From Allocoleopsis sp. (lineage in GTDB: Bacteria > Cyanobacteriota > Cyanobacteriia > Cyanobacteriales > Coleofasciculaceae), in NCBI GenBank assembly GCA_036703375.1, contig DATNPC010000503.1, positions 1-47,974 of the forward strand: DNA of 47,974 nucleotides, written 5' to 3'. The position numbers and the translations under genes were made by a program. The notes beneath the pieces are model-generated. The model was not told the DNA's origin and ran no database searches. It saw only the letters and a list, made by a program, of their open reading frames with translations. The number at the start of each line of letters is the position of its first letter. Within the stretch, counting starts at the first letter, position 1. Positions 9,981 to 19,830 of the stretch are shown here, in pieces.

Positions 9981-10883
9981 CTAACGACTAGACAGTTGAT
10001 GAAAACTGCCGATCAGCGAGCTCCACAGCAATCTACGATAAGGAATTAACCAGTAAATCGGCCACAATAAACCGCCATGTCGTTGGGCAAAAACTTTCCA
10101 CTCTCCCAACGAATAGAGGACTTCTTTTTGGACGGATAAACCCTTGGGTTGAGCCATTTGTTGCAGTTGCTCGCTGGGAGAGACAGATCCAGAAGTTTCT
10201 TTATCTGGCTGGTCGTTTGCAGAGCAAGTTCCTACATATCCTGGAGCTATCCAAACCGTACATCCTTGTTGTCTAGCCCGCAAACCGTAGTCCCAGTCTC
10301 CAATATAGTGTGAGAAAGCTGGGTCTAGATTGCCGACAACTTGAGCGACTTCTCTAGGAATGAGAACGCAATTACCGTTAATGGTGTCGCAGCGCTGAAC
10401 TCGTTCGCTCGGTTCTACAAGGTCAAATTTGAGAGGTCGCCAGCGACTCCTACGCACTACCCCTCCGTAAGTTAAAGCTCCTGTCGTGGGATCGCAAGTC
10501 GATCCAGAAATAATTGCTCGATGCTCTCCCTGTTGTATCAAACTTTGGTACGTTGCCAAAAGCTGGCTCAGGGCATTCGGGTAAAGGAGTGTGTCATCGT
10601 TGAGCCAAAGATAGTAGTCGTAATCGTACTGAAGGGATTCACCAAAGGCTTGCCGCATGCCTCCATTCCAAAATAGATTGCCATTGCCCTGAAGAATTTT
10701 AACTTGAGGATAGGATTGCTTCACCGCCTCTGCCGTACCGTCCGTGCTGCCGTCATCCACTAGATAAACGTCGATCGCAATTTCGCTTTGGTGTTCCTGA
10801 GCAAACAAAGCTGATAGACTTGCTAAGGTTTTCGTACAGCGGTTATGACAAGTGAGCAGTCCTGCTAAGCGATCGCGATTCAT
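9981..10883 (-). CDS. Glycosyltransferase family 2 (GT-A)
   Basis: 300 aa. LVDDGSTDGT motif and LNDD(T) DXD-like motif are typical of GT2. Confidence 0.88.
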   Translation of the reverse strand: MNRDRLAGLLTCHNRCTKTLASLSALFAQEHQSEIAIDVYLVDDGSTDGTAEAVKQSYPQVKILQGNGNLFWNGGMRQAFGESLQYDYDYYLWLNDDTLLYPNALSQLLATYQSLIQQGEHRAIISGSTCDPTTGALTYGGVVRRSRWRPLKFDLVEPSERVQRCDTINGNCVLIPREVAQVVGNLDPAFSHYIGDWDYGLRARQQGCTVWIAPGYVGTCSANDQPDKETSGSVSPSEQLQQMAQPKGLSVQKEVLYSLGEWKVFAQRHGGLLWPIYWLIPYRRLLWSSLIGSFHQLSSR

Positions 10884-11182
10884 GAGTTTAAAATGGTTAG
10901 CTCGGGTCGCAAAACGTTAAAGTATTCATCAGAGACAGTAAGCTAAAACTCGCACGTACTAGAGCAAACATCTCCTTAAGCTGGACTAGATTGAGATGAT
11001 TGAGAAACTGCCTAGCTCAACAGCACTCTCCGACTTTTCTCACTAAACAGTTCGTGTTGAGCGCTACACAAACGGACAGTTGTACCTAATCGCCTCGATA
11101 AAATCTTATCGCAACTCGTAAAACACCTGACTAAATCCTCCCCAATCCCAAGTCACCAGCGTTGAAACTAGGATAAGCACTT

Positions 11183-12142
11183 ATGGAAGATTTTGGCATT
11201 ATCGTTGCCTGCTGTTACCAGGATTACTTATTTGCTAAAGGCTGCTGCGCGAGTATCAGGCATTTCTTAGGAGACGTTCCAATTTGCCTGATTGTTGATG
11301 GTACTTTTTCGGTTCGCTCTTTAGAACAAGCCTACAATGTGCGCGTAATCAATCACCATAGTATTCAGAATGACATTCTGGGTCAGCGCAGCTTTGGATG
11401 GGGCAAGACAAAAATGATTGCCTTCTGGGAAAGCCCATGGCAGCATTTTCTCGTTTTAGATGCCGATACCAATGTCTGGGGAAACATCCTTAAATATGCT
11501 GACTTCAATAAGTTTGATGTAATTATCGATAAACCCCTCTATAAACACCCCGATCGCTTTGTTTCGGAGTTCTTTTTTGAGACTTCAGGGATCGAACAGC
11601 ATTTCCCCAACTTTAATTGGCGGGCGCATCAAAGCGATTATTTCTGCACGGGGACGTTTTTTGGGACAAAAGGTATTTTTAGCTTAGATGAGTACATAGA
11701 TATCTTAGATTTTACAGAAAATCATCCAGGTCTCTTTAAATATGGCGAGATGGGATTCTTGAATTTCATGCTCTTCCGGGCAGCTGACGAAGGGAGAATT
11801 CGTCTAGGACAAGCTCATATGCAACTGATTGTTCCAGATTTTGAGCAGGAGGAACTAAAAAAACGCTTTCCGGTAGAGAAAACGGGGCCAGCCATGTCGG
11901 ATCGAGAGGCAATAGTCATCCATTGGTGTAAAGTCAAGCCTTTGTTGTCAGCCACTCAAGCCCACTCAGAGCCAATGAGTTTTTGTCGGCGACAGTTTCT
12001 CGAAAAAGAGCGAGGACTTACGGGAGCCTTAGCTGACTTTTGGCTGACATTGGAAGATTATTACAGTGTTCTGAATGTCTACAAAAACAAATTAATTCGT
12101 CGTTTTTCCCGCTCTCGGAAAAAGTTGCTTTCCGGCATATAG
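11183..12142 (+). CDS. Putative nucleotide-diphospho-sugar (GT-A/GT8-like) transferase
   Basis: 319 aa. FLVLDADTNVWG resembles a GT8-type DXD segment, and the gene lies in the glycosyltransferase cluster. The family assignment is not secure. Confidence 0.45.
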   Translation: MEDFGIIVACCYQDYLFAKGCCASIRHFLGDVPICLIVDGTFSVRSLEQAYNVRVINHHSIQNDILGQRSFGWGKTKMIAFWESPWQHFLVLDADTNVWGNILKYADFNKFDVIIDKPLYKHPDRFVSEFFFETSGIEQHFPNFNWRAHQSDYFCTGTFFGTKGIFSLDEYIDILDFTENHPGLFKYGEMGFLNFMLFRAADEGRIRLGQAHMQLIVPDFEQEELKKRFPVEKTGPAMSDREAIVIHWCKVKPLLSATQAHSEPMSFCRRQFLEKERGLTGALADFWLTLEDYYSVLNVYKNKLIRRFSRSRKKLLSGI

Positions 12143-12384
12143 CCGCTAGTCAGAAGAAAGACAGTTGGCGTGTTAGCTGATAACCTAGCGATCGCAAACT
12201 AAGTTTTCAACCTAATGTCAGCAATTCCACAAACCGATTAAATATCGCGCCTGAAAGGGTTTTCTCTATCTTAGGTAACACTCTTGTGGTGTGGTGTCCG
12301 CTTGAGGTCGAGCGTAATCTTGACTTAAATCCTGATGAATTTGCTAACCTTAATTTTTAATAGCAGATAAGCATTATTTTTCTT

Positions 12385-12648
12385 GTGAGTTCTATGGCTC
12401 TGCCGGAAACTACCGCCTACGTCAGGATTACACAGCACTCCTGGCAACAGGGCAAAATTGAAGGGGAAGTCCAAGCAGCAGAATATGAGTGGCAATTTCA
12501 GTGGTGTTTCCGGGGGGGACAGTTATCGGTTAAACCATCTCTGGGACGCGCTCTGATTCAGGAGCCGCTGAGTCGATTTTTAGAGCAGTGCGATTATCAG
12601 TTGGAACCCGGAGGAGACTACGCATTTAAAATCCGGGCTGAACTTTGA
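12385..12648 (+). CDS. Small hypothetical protein
   Basis: 87-aa ORF with a GTG start at 12385 (an ATG lies at 12394). No recognisable domain. Codon composition looks native. Confidence 0.4.
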   Translation: MSSMALPETTAYVRITQHSWQQGKIEGEVQAAEYEWQFQWCFRGGQLSVKPSLGRALIQEPLSRFLEQCDYQLEPGGDYAFKIRAEL

Positions 12649-12661
12649 GGCTTTGCCGCTC

Positions 12662-12717
12662 ATCAGTGAGCAGTGGCCAGTTATCAGTGAGCAGTGGCCA
12701 GTGACCAGTTATCAGTG
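12662..12717. repeat. STRR-like heptamer array, 8 units (ATCAGTG AGCAGTG GCCAGTK)
   Basis: Eight in-phase heptamers were counted directly. There is a 21-bp higher-order periodicity. Confidence 0.85.
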
Positions 12718-12830
12718 GTAGAGACAAGGGCATTCGCGTCTGTACAGTAGAGAGTGGGAGGAAGGAGACCCCCATCACAAGGGTAGTAGGTACTCTTCTG
12801 GCGGTCTAAATCCCCCGACAAGTACCTGGT

Positions 12831-12900
12831 CACTGTTCACTGCTCACTGTTCACTGTTCACTGTTCACTGCTCACTGTTCACTGCTCACTGCTCACTGTT
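12831..12900. repeat. STRR-like heptamer array, 10 units (CACTGYT), inverted relative to 12662-12717
   Basis: Reads CACTGTT CACTGCT CACTGTT CACTGTT CACTGTT CACTGCT CACTGTT CACTGCT CACTGCT CACTGTT. The reverse complement (GAACAGT / GAGCAGT) is one mismatch from classical STRR3, CAACAGT. Confidence 0.9.
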
Positions 12901-12916
12901 CTTGGTTCGTGGGAGT

Positions 12917-13324
12917 TCAGCTACCCAGACTTCCTAATGCCAAGTAGCGCTCGATTAACAAGATGGCGACTATATCATCGATAGGTCGAGGTGGTTGACG
13001 CATTCCTTGGGGAATCAGGCGTTTAAGCCCTTGAGGAGGGTACATTTGCCAGTAGCGATCGCGTGCTTCTAAAGTGCTATAGCGTTCGTCTACAAGGATA
13101 ATTGGCACCGATACTGATAAATCGCGACTGAGCTTCTGTTTCCAGCTTTTGGCAGTCGTTTGATCGCCCATGACAATGGTTTCAATGGCATAGTCCTGAC
13201 ACAGTTGTTGAATTGTCGCGATCGCATCTTGTGACACCACAACCTTATGGTAGAGTAACTGTCTCTCCTTGCCCATCACCGCTAAACCACACTTATCGCG
13301 TCCAGGATCGAAGCCTAAGATCAT
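12917..13324 (-). CDS. RNase H-fold YqgF/RuvX-like putative Holliday-junction-resolvase-type nuclease
   Basis: 135 aa. The N-terminal ILGFDPGRDKCGLAV matches the first acidic motif of RuvC/YqgF-like nucleases. ...VDERYSTLEAR is a second motif. Confidence 0.6.
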   Translation of the reverse strand: MILGFDPGRDKCGLAVMGKERQLLYHKVVVSQDAIATIQQLCQDYAIETIVMGDQTTAKSWKQKLSRDLSVSVPIILVDERYSTLEARDRYWQMYPPQGLKRLIPQGMRQPPRPIDDIVAILLIERYLALGSLGS

Positions 13325-13401
13325 CTCAACTCATTCGTTACTCGTTACGGGTCATTAGTTATCAGTCTGACAACAACTAACCACTAAAAACTAACAGCGA
13401 T

Positions 13402-14955
13402 TTATGTACTAAAAACAATTTGCCCGTCTTTTGTTGCCACCAACCGCATTTTCAACGGACCCGCTGTGTAGGTTGCATCTTGTGCTATGGCTTTTACATC
13501 TAGGGGTTGCTCGGACTGCTCCAACTGCTCGATAAAGCGAATGATCGTCGTGAGACGACCATCTCCCACTTGAATATCACCGAGAACCCCAGCACGACGA
13601 GCGCGGAACTGAGACGCCGCAAGTAATTGGTCGAGGCGCTGGCGAATTTGTTCGTTGGTCATGCTGGAAGAATCAGCGGAGACAGCAGCTAACACATCCC
13701 CAGCTTGGAATACGATTTGATTGAGCGCTACATCGGCAAAGACTTGAACTTGCTTTTCGCCTTCCACATAGTTACCGGCTGAAAGAATTCGCAGGACATA
13801 GTCTTTCCCATCCTTAATTTGGTTAATTAACTGATCGAGCTGTGTGGGAGTAATCTGTACTAATGGCTCGTTGGGATTACGTCTACTCGATCGAGTGATT
13901 TCCATAGCTGTTTGATTGGCTTGCGACAAGAGTTCGTAGGCGGCTTGAGTCGCCGCAGAGGTTCCCGTTACCCTCACGACTTGAAACGCGAGAATTTGGC
14001 CGCGAACCAGAGCGACATTCCCCTGACGTAACGCTCGATAGTTTTGGTAGTACTGCTCTAAGCTGTCTACTTGCCGTTGTAAAAACGCGAGTTGTTTTTC
14101 TCCTTCTTCCAGTTGTTGGTCTTTTTCTGACAGAACTTTGTTTTTTTCTACGAGTTGGATTTCTCGCTGGGTAAGGTCTTGTTCCAGTCCTTGAAGGCGA
14201 GTTTCCCGCTGCGCGATCGCATTTTTGAGCTGTTCTTCAAGTTGCTTTCGTTGCTCGATTTGAGCAATCGCGGCTTTGAGCTGTTGTTCGACTTCTTGGA
14301 GGCTGGCTTCGCGCAGAGCGATGACCCGATCTTGTTTGCTCAGTTCTCGATCTCGTTGAGCCACTAATTCTTTTAATTGAGTAACTTGACTCCCCAGTTG
14401 AGTAATTTGCCCTTTCAATTGACTGATTTGACCCTTCAATTGAGTAATTTGCTCGCTCAGTTGACTGCGCTGCTGGAGCAGTGCCTGACGTTCGCCGAGC
14501 AGAGATTTAATTTCATCTCGAAGAACGCTAGCCTGCTGAGATACTTTTTTCAGTTGAGTTTGAGCTTGCTGAAAATTTTGATTGGTAATCTGTAAACGCT
14601 TCTGAACCTCTGCTTGTTGGGCTTTAGTTTTAGCCAGTTCGTTCTCTACTTGGCGCTTTTGAGTATTAAGAACCTCGACATCATCCCGAGCGCTTCTCAG
14701 CTTTTTTTGAATACTTTCGAGTTCAAACAGCCCTTTGCGTAGCGAGCCACTGGTGGCTAACAAAATTCCTAAGGTCGAGGTGGCAATGAGGCTACCCGTG
14801 ATGATTGTGACTAATGTGGCGGTATTGCGAGGACGCAGTTTAAACAAGCTCAGCCGCGCCTTGCCCACTTTCGTGCCAATGCGATCGCCTAAGGTTGCAA
14901 GCACGCCCCCTAACAAGACTATTGCCACAATCAGGATGTAAGTGCTGGTCATCAC
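13402..14955 (-). CDS. DUF3084-family membrane-anchored coiled-coil protein
   Basis: 517 aa. Two N-terminal TM helices (ILIVAIVLLGGVLATLGDRIGTKVGK...). A long Q/E/L-rich coiled coil contains an internal ITQLKGQISQLKGQITQL repeat. Confidence 0.75.
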   Translation of the reverse strand: MMTSTYILIVAIVLLGGVLATLGDRIGTKVGKARLSLFKLRPRNTATLVTIITGSLIATSTLGILLATSGSLRKGLFELESIQKKLRSARDDVEVLNTQKRQVENELAKTKAQQAEVQKRLQITNQNFQQAQTQLKKVSQQASVLRDEIKSLLGERQALLQQRSQLSEQITQLKGQISQLKGQITQLGSQVTQLKELVAQRDRELSKQDRVIALREASLQEVEQQLKAAIAQIEQRKQLEEQLKNAIAQRETRLQGLEQDLTQREIQLVEKNKVLSEKDQQLEEGEKQLAFLQRQVDSLEQYYQNYRALRQGNVALVRGQILAFQVVRVTGTSAATQAAYELLSQANQTAMEITRSSRRNPNEPLVQITPTQLDQLINQIKDGKDYVLRILSAGNYVEGEKQVQVFADVALNQIVFQAGDVLAAVSADSSSMTNEQIRQRLDQLLAASQFRARRAGVLGDIQVGDGRLTTIIRFIEQLEQSEQPLDVKAIAQDATYTAGPLKMRLVATKDGQIVFST

Positions 14956-15141
14956 CCCTGCTCAGTTTGTCCAGATACAGCCTATCTTATGGCTGTAGGG
15001 CATTATGTGCTTTTTTTTCAAAATAACAAGCCTGAGACCTTAGAATCAGGTTCTTATACCCTCACCCGAGCCAGACACAAAAAAGTTTTTTCCCTCTCAC
15101 CTCTAGACCTTCGTGACGAAAGTGTTCCACTCGTTCCGAAT

Positions 15142-15178
15142 GCAGGGGAGGCAGGGGAAGTAGGGGAAGCAGGGAGAG
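15142..15178. repeat. 9-bp tandem repeat GCAGGGGAR x4
   Basis: Reads GCAGGGGAG GCAGGGGAA GTAGGGGAA GCAGGGAGA. It generates the spurious GEAGEVGEAG ORF at 14989-15225. Confidence 0.8.
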
Positions 15179-15238
15179 AATTTTTACGGGTGGGTTATTT
15201 GTGCCAAGCTGGTCTAGTCACTTGAGTTCCTAATTGTT

Positions 15239-15916
15239 CTAAGTAAACTGCTGACTTAACACGACTGGGTTATGGACAGTAATCTTTTTCTTGTGAATCG
15301 AAATCATTTTCTCTGCACGTAAGTCTCCCAGTAAACGGGTGACGGTAACGCGAGTCGAGCCAATTGCTTCAGCGATCGCTTGATGCGAAAGCTTGAGGTC
15401 AATGGTAATTCCATCCGCCGTGGGTACCCCAAAGTCACGACATAAAATCAACAAGAAACTGACCAAGCGAGAACCCATGTCTCGGTGAGCTAAGGTTTCG
15501 ATCATCATTTCCGTTTGTAAAATCCGAGACGATAGACCCCTGAGCATCAGCATGGATAGCTCTGGGTTATCCTTGAGCGATTGCTCGACTTGGTCAATCG
15601 GGGCGGACAGCAACTCGACGGGGGTAAAGGCAACCGCATGATAAAAGCGATCGGAGCGGTGCCCTGTAATCAGCGACAGAACTCCGAAAACACTGTTTTC
15701 ACGCAATAGCGCTACCGTAATTTCTTCGCCTGCCTCGTAAACTCTGGAGAGCTTGACTGCACCCTTAATGAGAAAGTAGACCCGCTCGGCGGGGTCTCCT
15801 GGGAAAAAAATCGTCTTGCCGCGATCGAAGGTTTCGACCACTGGTGGAAACGCTCCACCACCCATCTGACGAAATACTGCTGCTAGCGGTCTATTTTGCG
15901 TCACGACCATATCCAT
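15239..15916 (-). CDS. ntcA: Global nitrogen regulator NtcA (CRP/FNR family)
   Basis: 225 aa. Near-identical over long stretches to known cyanobacterial NtcA ([56 protein letters not shown]; [15 protein letters not shown]). Confidence 0.97.
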   Translation of the reverse strand: MDMVVTQNRPLAAVFRQMGGGAFPPVVETFDRGKTIFFPGDPAERVYFLIKGAVKLSRVYEAGEEITVALLRENSVFGVLSLITGHRSDRFYHAVAFTPVELLSAPIDQVEQSLKDNPELSMLMLRGLSSRILQTEMMIETLAHRDMGSRLVSFLLILCRDFGVPTADGITIDLKLSHQAIAEAIGSTRVTVTRLLGDLRAEKMISIHKKKITVHNPVVLSQQFT

Positions 15917-16045
15917 TGCTCTCTTGCCAACGCCATGGCGACATACAGTGAATCAAGTGCCGGTGAAGCTTAAATCTTACAAACCGGTGATGCCAACTCC
16001 TGAATGTATCCAAGAATACTTAATCTGAGTCCTCGATCGTTTTTT

Positions 16046-16059
16046 GTACAAATTGCTAC
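16046..16059. promoter_or_regulatory. Perfect NtcA-box consensus GTA-N8-TAC in the ntcA/fabI divergent intergenic region
   Basis: GTACAAATTGCTAC lies 130 nt upstream of the ntcA start. The -10 elements at canonical spacing are only approximate (TAAGTA on the minus strand). Confidence 0.5.
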
Positions 16060-16204
16060 ATAATTGTTGAGGCTTGAAGATTTAACTGACGCGTCAAGTA
16101 GAAAGCGACCTTAGGGGTCATCACACACGGCGATCCACTTTGCGATTGCAATTGGCAACTACTATTCATGCGATCATCTCAATACATTTAACACATAGAA
16201 TACT

Positions 16205-16981
16205 ATGCTCGATTTGACAGGAAAAAACGCACTCGTAACAGGCATTGCCAATAACCGCTCCATCGCTTGGGGAATAGCTCAGCAACTACACAAAGCGGGA
16301 GCGAATTTAGGTGTAACTTATCTACCTGATGAAAAGGGTCGTTTTGAGAAGAAAGTTAAAGAGTTGGTAGAGCCACTACAACCGAGTATCTTTTTACCCT
16401 GTAACGTTCAGGATGATGCTCAAGTCAAGGAGACGTTTGAAGCGATCGCAAACGCTTGGGGTAAGCTCGATATCTTAATTCATTGTCTAGCGTTTGCCAA
16501 TAAAGACGATCTATCGGGAGACTTTAGTAACACCTCAAGAGCAGGGTTTACTCAAGCACTGGAAATTAGTGCGTACTCGCTGACTCAACTGGCTGCCGCC
16601 GCTAAACCCTTGATGACCGAAGGCGGTAGTATTGTCACCCTCACTTACTTGGGCGGTGTCAAGGTCATTCCCAACTACAACGTAATGGGAGTGGCGAAAG
16701 CCGCCTTAGACATGAGCGTGCGTTACCTAGCCGGAGAACTCGGCCCCCACAATATCCGAGTCAATGCTATCTCTGCCGGCCCAATCCGCACCTTAGCCTC
16801 GTCAGCAGTGGGAGGCATTCTAGATATGATTCATCATGTCGAGCAAGTCGCGCCTTTGCGTCGGACTGTGACACAGCTAGAAGTGGGCAATACAGCAGCG
16901 TTCTTATGTAGCGATCTAGCAAGCGGCATCACGGGTCAAGTTTTATACGTCGATGCCGGTTACGAGATTATGGGCATGTAA
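16205..16981 (+). CDS. fabI: Enoyl-[acyl-carrier-protein] reductase (NADH) FabI
   Basis: 258 aa. GKNALVTGIANNRSIAWGIA plus the Y-x6-K region (NYNVMGVAKAALD) and SAGPIRTLA. Confidence 0.95.
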   Translation: MLDLTGKNALVTGIANNRSIAWGIAQQLHKAGANLGVTYLPDEKGRFEKKVKELVEPLQPSIFLPCNVQDDAQVKETFEAIANAWGKLDILIHCLAFANKDDLSGDFSNTSRAGFTQALEISAYSLTQLAAAAKPLMTEGGSIVTLTYLGGVKVIPNYNVMGVAKAALDMSVRYLAGELGPHNIRVNAISAGPIRTLASSAVGGILDMIHHVEQVAPLRRTVTQLEVGNTAAFLCSDLASGITGQVLYVDAGYEIMGM

Positions 16982-16991
16982 AGCAAGCAGG

Positions 16992-17011
16992 CGAGAGACG
17001 AGAGTCTCTCG
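16992..17011 (+). terminator. Hairpin downstream of fabI (CGAGAGAC-GAGA-GTCTCTCG)
   Basis: 8-bp perfect stem, 10 nt after the fabI stop. The trailing sequence is only weakly T-rich. Confidence 0.35.
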
Positions 17012-17071
17012 TTCACACTAAGATAAGATTTTCTAGAATATTTATTCGCTTCTTTCAATCGAGCAGCTTCT

Positions 17072-17740
17072 ATGCAGATCAGCGATCGCCTGAACGGGAT
17101 TCCTTCAGAAAGCACTACTCCAACTTCGCACGAGCCAGAGACTCAGTTCCCCGCACGGACGGCGAGTGTCAGCCGCAAAACTGGTGAAACCGACGTGCAA
17201 GTGAGCTTGAATTTAGATGGTACAGGCGCTTGCACGGCTGCCACAGGTATCCCATTTCTCGACCATATGCTGCATCAGATCGCTTCGCATGGCCTGATCG
17301 ATTTGGACGTGCGAGCAAAGGGAGATTGGGAAATTGACGACCACCATACCAACGAAGATGTAGGAATTACACTGGGGATGGCGTTAGGCAAAGCACTGGG
17401 CGAGCGCAAAGGCATTGTCCGGTTCGGTCATTTTCTTGCCCCCCTTGATGAGGCTCTGGTGCAGGTGACTCTCGACTTTTCCGGGCGTCCTCACTTAAGC
17501 TACGGTCTAGAGATTCCCACGCAGCGCGTCGGAACTTACGATACTCAATTAGTACGAGAATTCTTTGTTGCGGTAGTGAATCATAGCCAAATGACGTTGC
17601 ACATCCGTCAGTTGGACGGCATTAATTCGCACCACATTATTGAAGCGACGTTCAAAGCGTTTGCGCGGGCGATTCGGATGGCTGTGGAAATCGATCCCCG
17701 TCGCGCCAGTGCGATCCCCAGTTCAAAAGGCGTCTTGTAG
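17072..17740 (+). CDS. hisB: Imidazoleglycerol-phosphate dehydratase
   Basis: 222 aa. Carries IGPD motifs [16 protein letters not shown] and [14 protein letters not shown]. Confidence 0.95.
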   Translation: MQISDRLNGIPSESTTPTSHEPETQFPARTASVSRKTGETDVQVSLNLDGTGACTAATGIPFLDHMLHQIASHGLIDLDVRAKGDWEIDDHHTNEDVGITLGMALGKALGERKGIVRFGHFLAPLDEALVQVTLDFSGRPHLSYGLEIPTQRVGTYDTQLVREFFVAVVNHSQMTLHIRQLDGINSHHIIEATFKAFARAIRMAVEIDPRRASAIPSSKGVL

Positions 17741-17893
17741 ACTCACAAAAGTCAGGTTGCGGCCATCTCTGCTGATGTGCCTTTAGCTTGCAAGTTTAGT
17801 CAACCTAGGCTTTCTGTCTATCGTTATTGACCACTGACAAACAGTTTGATTGTAAAGCAAGCTAACTTCAATGCCGAGCGGGCTTACTTTTCT

Positions 17894-18949
17894 ATGGTTT
17901 CTCTATCTCCCAGTCTAAAAGCCCGACTTTCTACACCGCTCAAGATTGGCTCTTTAGAGGTGAAAAGTCGAGTTCTACAGTCGCCCCTTTCCGGTGTTAC
18001 GGATTTAGTGTTTCGTCGTCTGGTGCGACGCTATGCTCCTGAATCGATGATGTACACGGAGATGGTGCATGCATCAGGATTACGCTACGCCAAAGCACTA
18101 CCCAAAATTATGGAGGTAGACCCGAACGAACGTCCCATCAGCATTCAGTTGTTTGATTGCCGTCCAGATTTCTTAGCAGAAGCGGCGCAGATGGCGGTGG
18201 AGGAAGGAGCAGATACGATTGATATCAATATGGGTTGCCCTGTGAATAAAATCACGAAAAATGGGGGCGGTTCTTCCCTCCTGCGACAACCAGAAACGGC
18301 CCAGGCAATTGTCAGAGCAGTTGTCAAGGCAGTAAACGTGCCAGTGACGGTGAAAACTCGTATCGGTTGGACAGATGAGGAAATCAATATCCTGGAATTT
18401 GCCAAGCGGATGGAAGATGCGGGAGCCCAGATGCTGACACTGCATGCTCGCACTCGCGCTCAGGGCTACAATGGCTCTGCCAAGTGGGAGTGGATTGGGC
18501 GAGTCAAGGAGATTCTCTCGATTCCAGTCATTGCTAATGGGGATATCTTCTCGGTGGAAGCTGCCGTGAACTGTCTGGAACAAACGGGTGCGGATGGGGT
18601 GATGTGTTCGCGAGGAACGCTAGGTTATCCTTTTTTGGTTGGAGAAATTGACTCCTTCCTGAAATCGGGGCAACCGTTGAGGCCACCGACGCCTGTAGAG
18701 CGATTGGAATGTGCGCGAGAACATCTGCAAGCCTTATGGGAGTATAAAGGCGATCGCGGAATTCGTCAGGCTCGCAAGCACATGACATGGTATGCTAAAG
18801 GTTTTGCTGGGTCAGCGCAGTTGCGCGGACAACTGGCGGTCATTGAGGCGGTTGAGCAGGGGGTTGAGTTGATTGACAACGCGATCGCCCTACTTAAGAC
18901 TGGTATACCGGAAAAAGAAGAGTTAGAAGCTCTATTAGTGAAGGTTTGA
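17894..18949 (+). CDS. dusB: tRNA-dihydrouridine synthase (DusB-like)
   Basis: Dus motifs SPLSGVTDLVFRRL, IDINMGCPVNKITK and LTLHARTRAQGY. The track ORF begins at a TTG (17846). I prefer the in-frame ATG at 17894. Confidence 0.88.
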   Translation: MVSLSPSLKARLSTPLKIGSLEVKSRVLQSPLSGVTDLVFRRLVRRYAPESMMYTEMVHASGLRYAKALPKIMEVDPNERPISIQLFDCRPDFLAEAAQMAVEEGADTIDINMGCPVNKITKNGGGSSLLRQPETAQAIVRAVVKAVNVPVTVKTRIGWTDEEINILEFAKRMEDAGAQMLTLHARTRAQGYNGSAKWEWIGRVKEILSIPVIANGDIFSVEAAVNCLEQTGADGVMCSRGTLGYPFLVGEIDSFLKSGQPLRPPTPVERLECAREHLQALWEYKGDRGIRQARKHMTWYAKGFAGSAQLRGQLAVIEAVEQGVELIDNAIALLKTGIPEKEELEALLVKV

Positions 18950-19211
18950 GGTAGAGCGCTTTTGTGCCAAGAGAGTAAGTTAGACGATTTGTTTTATGTT
19001 TTGTGTTGGAATTAGCTAAGGTTTATCGATGTTAGGTATGTATTATTCTCGACGCTAGTCAATCTCAGAACGTTTTGCGAAATAATCCTTAACAGATAAA
19101 CTGGAAATAGTAGCTACGATGGTGCTGAAGGGATGGATTTTAGCCTCAACGTTAATAAAAGCTAAGCCTTATTAGATAAAGAAGGACTGGCTGCTCTCGT
19201 AGTTACTCAGC

Positions 19212-19236
19212 ATTGATGTTTACGCATCAATTTTTT
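19212..19236 (+). terminator. Weak AT-rich hairpin plus T6 (ATTGATG-TTTACG-CATCAAT-TTTTT)
   Basis: 7-bp stem followed by a T-run, ~260 nt downstream of dusB. Confidence 0.3.
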
Positions 19237-19488
19237 AAGTCAACAACAGCGCAATTCTAGTTAGGGGCATTCAGCTTTTTGGTCTGGTGAGTGAAGCCTC
19301 GCCGCCAAAGCTGCTCTCGATTCACTGAGTAGCCTGAGGCGATAAGCGTGCGGTGAGCATCCATTCAACAGCACCATTTAAAACAGAGAACAAAATGCTC
19401 CTAAACCTTTGCGATCGCCAATTACTAAAAGATTCAAAGGGATTGCCCAAACTATCCAATTTGTTGTTCCAGATCAGGAGAAGATAGA

Positions 19489-19668
19489 ATGACCCAAGTG
19501 GTTGTAGGTGAAAATGAAGGAATTGAGTCAGCACTGCGCCGATTTAAGCGGCAAGTCTCAAAGGCTGGCATTTTTGCGGATATGAAGCGTCTGCGTCACT
19601 TTGAGACTCCCATTGAAAAGAAAAAGCGCAAAGCGATCGCTAGAAGGCGTAAGCGCCGGATGAGTTAA
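19489..19668 (+). CDS. rpsU: 30S ribosomal protein S21 (59 aa, below the ORF-track cutoff)
   Basis: Manual translation: [63 protein letters not shown] lies ~10 nt upstream, and a terminator follows. Confidence 0.9.
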   Translation: MTQVVVGENEGIESALRRFKRQVSKAGIFADMKRLRHFETPIEKKKRKAIARRRKRRMS

Positions 19669-19704
19669 AACTCACTATATCTTTTATTGCAATAGATTTT
19701 TTCA

Positions 19705-19738
19705 GTAGAGGCGCAGTTGACGCCTCTACATTATTTTT
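19705..19738 (+). terminator. Rho-independent terminator of rpsU
   Basis: GTAGAGGCG-CAGTTGA-CGCCTCTAC followed by ATTATTTTT. Confidence 0.65.
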
Positions 19739-19771
19739 GGGGAAGCTTTAGGAAGCTTCGAGTAGGAGATT

Positions 19772-19814
19772 AAAAACTCTCACTGAAAATGAGCAGTGAG
19801 TTTAGTCACTGCTC
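19772..19814 (-). terminator. Probable hemH terminator built from STRR-like heptamers
   Basis: On the minus strand, GAGCAGTGA-CTAAAC-TCACTGCTC then ATTTTCAGTGAGAGTTTTTA. It starts 17 nt after the hemH stop. Confidence 0.5.
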
Positions 19815-19830
19815 ACTGTTGAATGACTGA

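Noticed and set aside
12662-12900. CRISPR array
   Set aside because: The repeats are contiguous 7-nt units with no spacers, which makes them STRR-type microsatellites. No cas genes are present in the window.
14989-15225. 78-aa ORF with GEAGEVGEAG repeat
   Set aside because: It is an artefact of the 9-bp GCAGGGGAR tandem repeat in an intergenic region, with no start context or domain.
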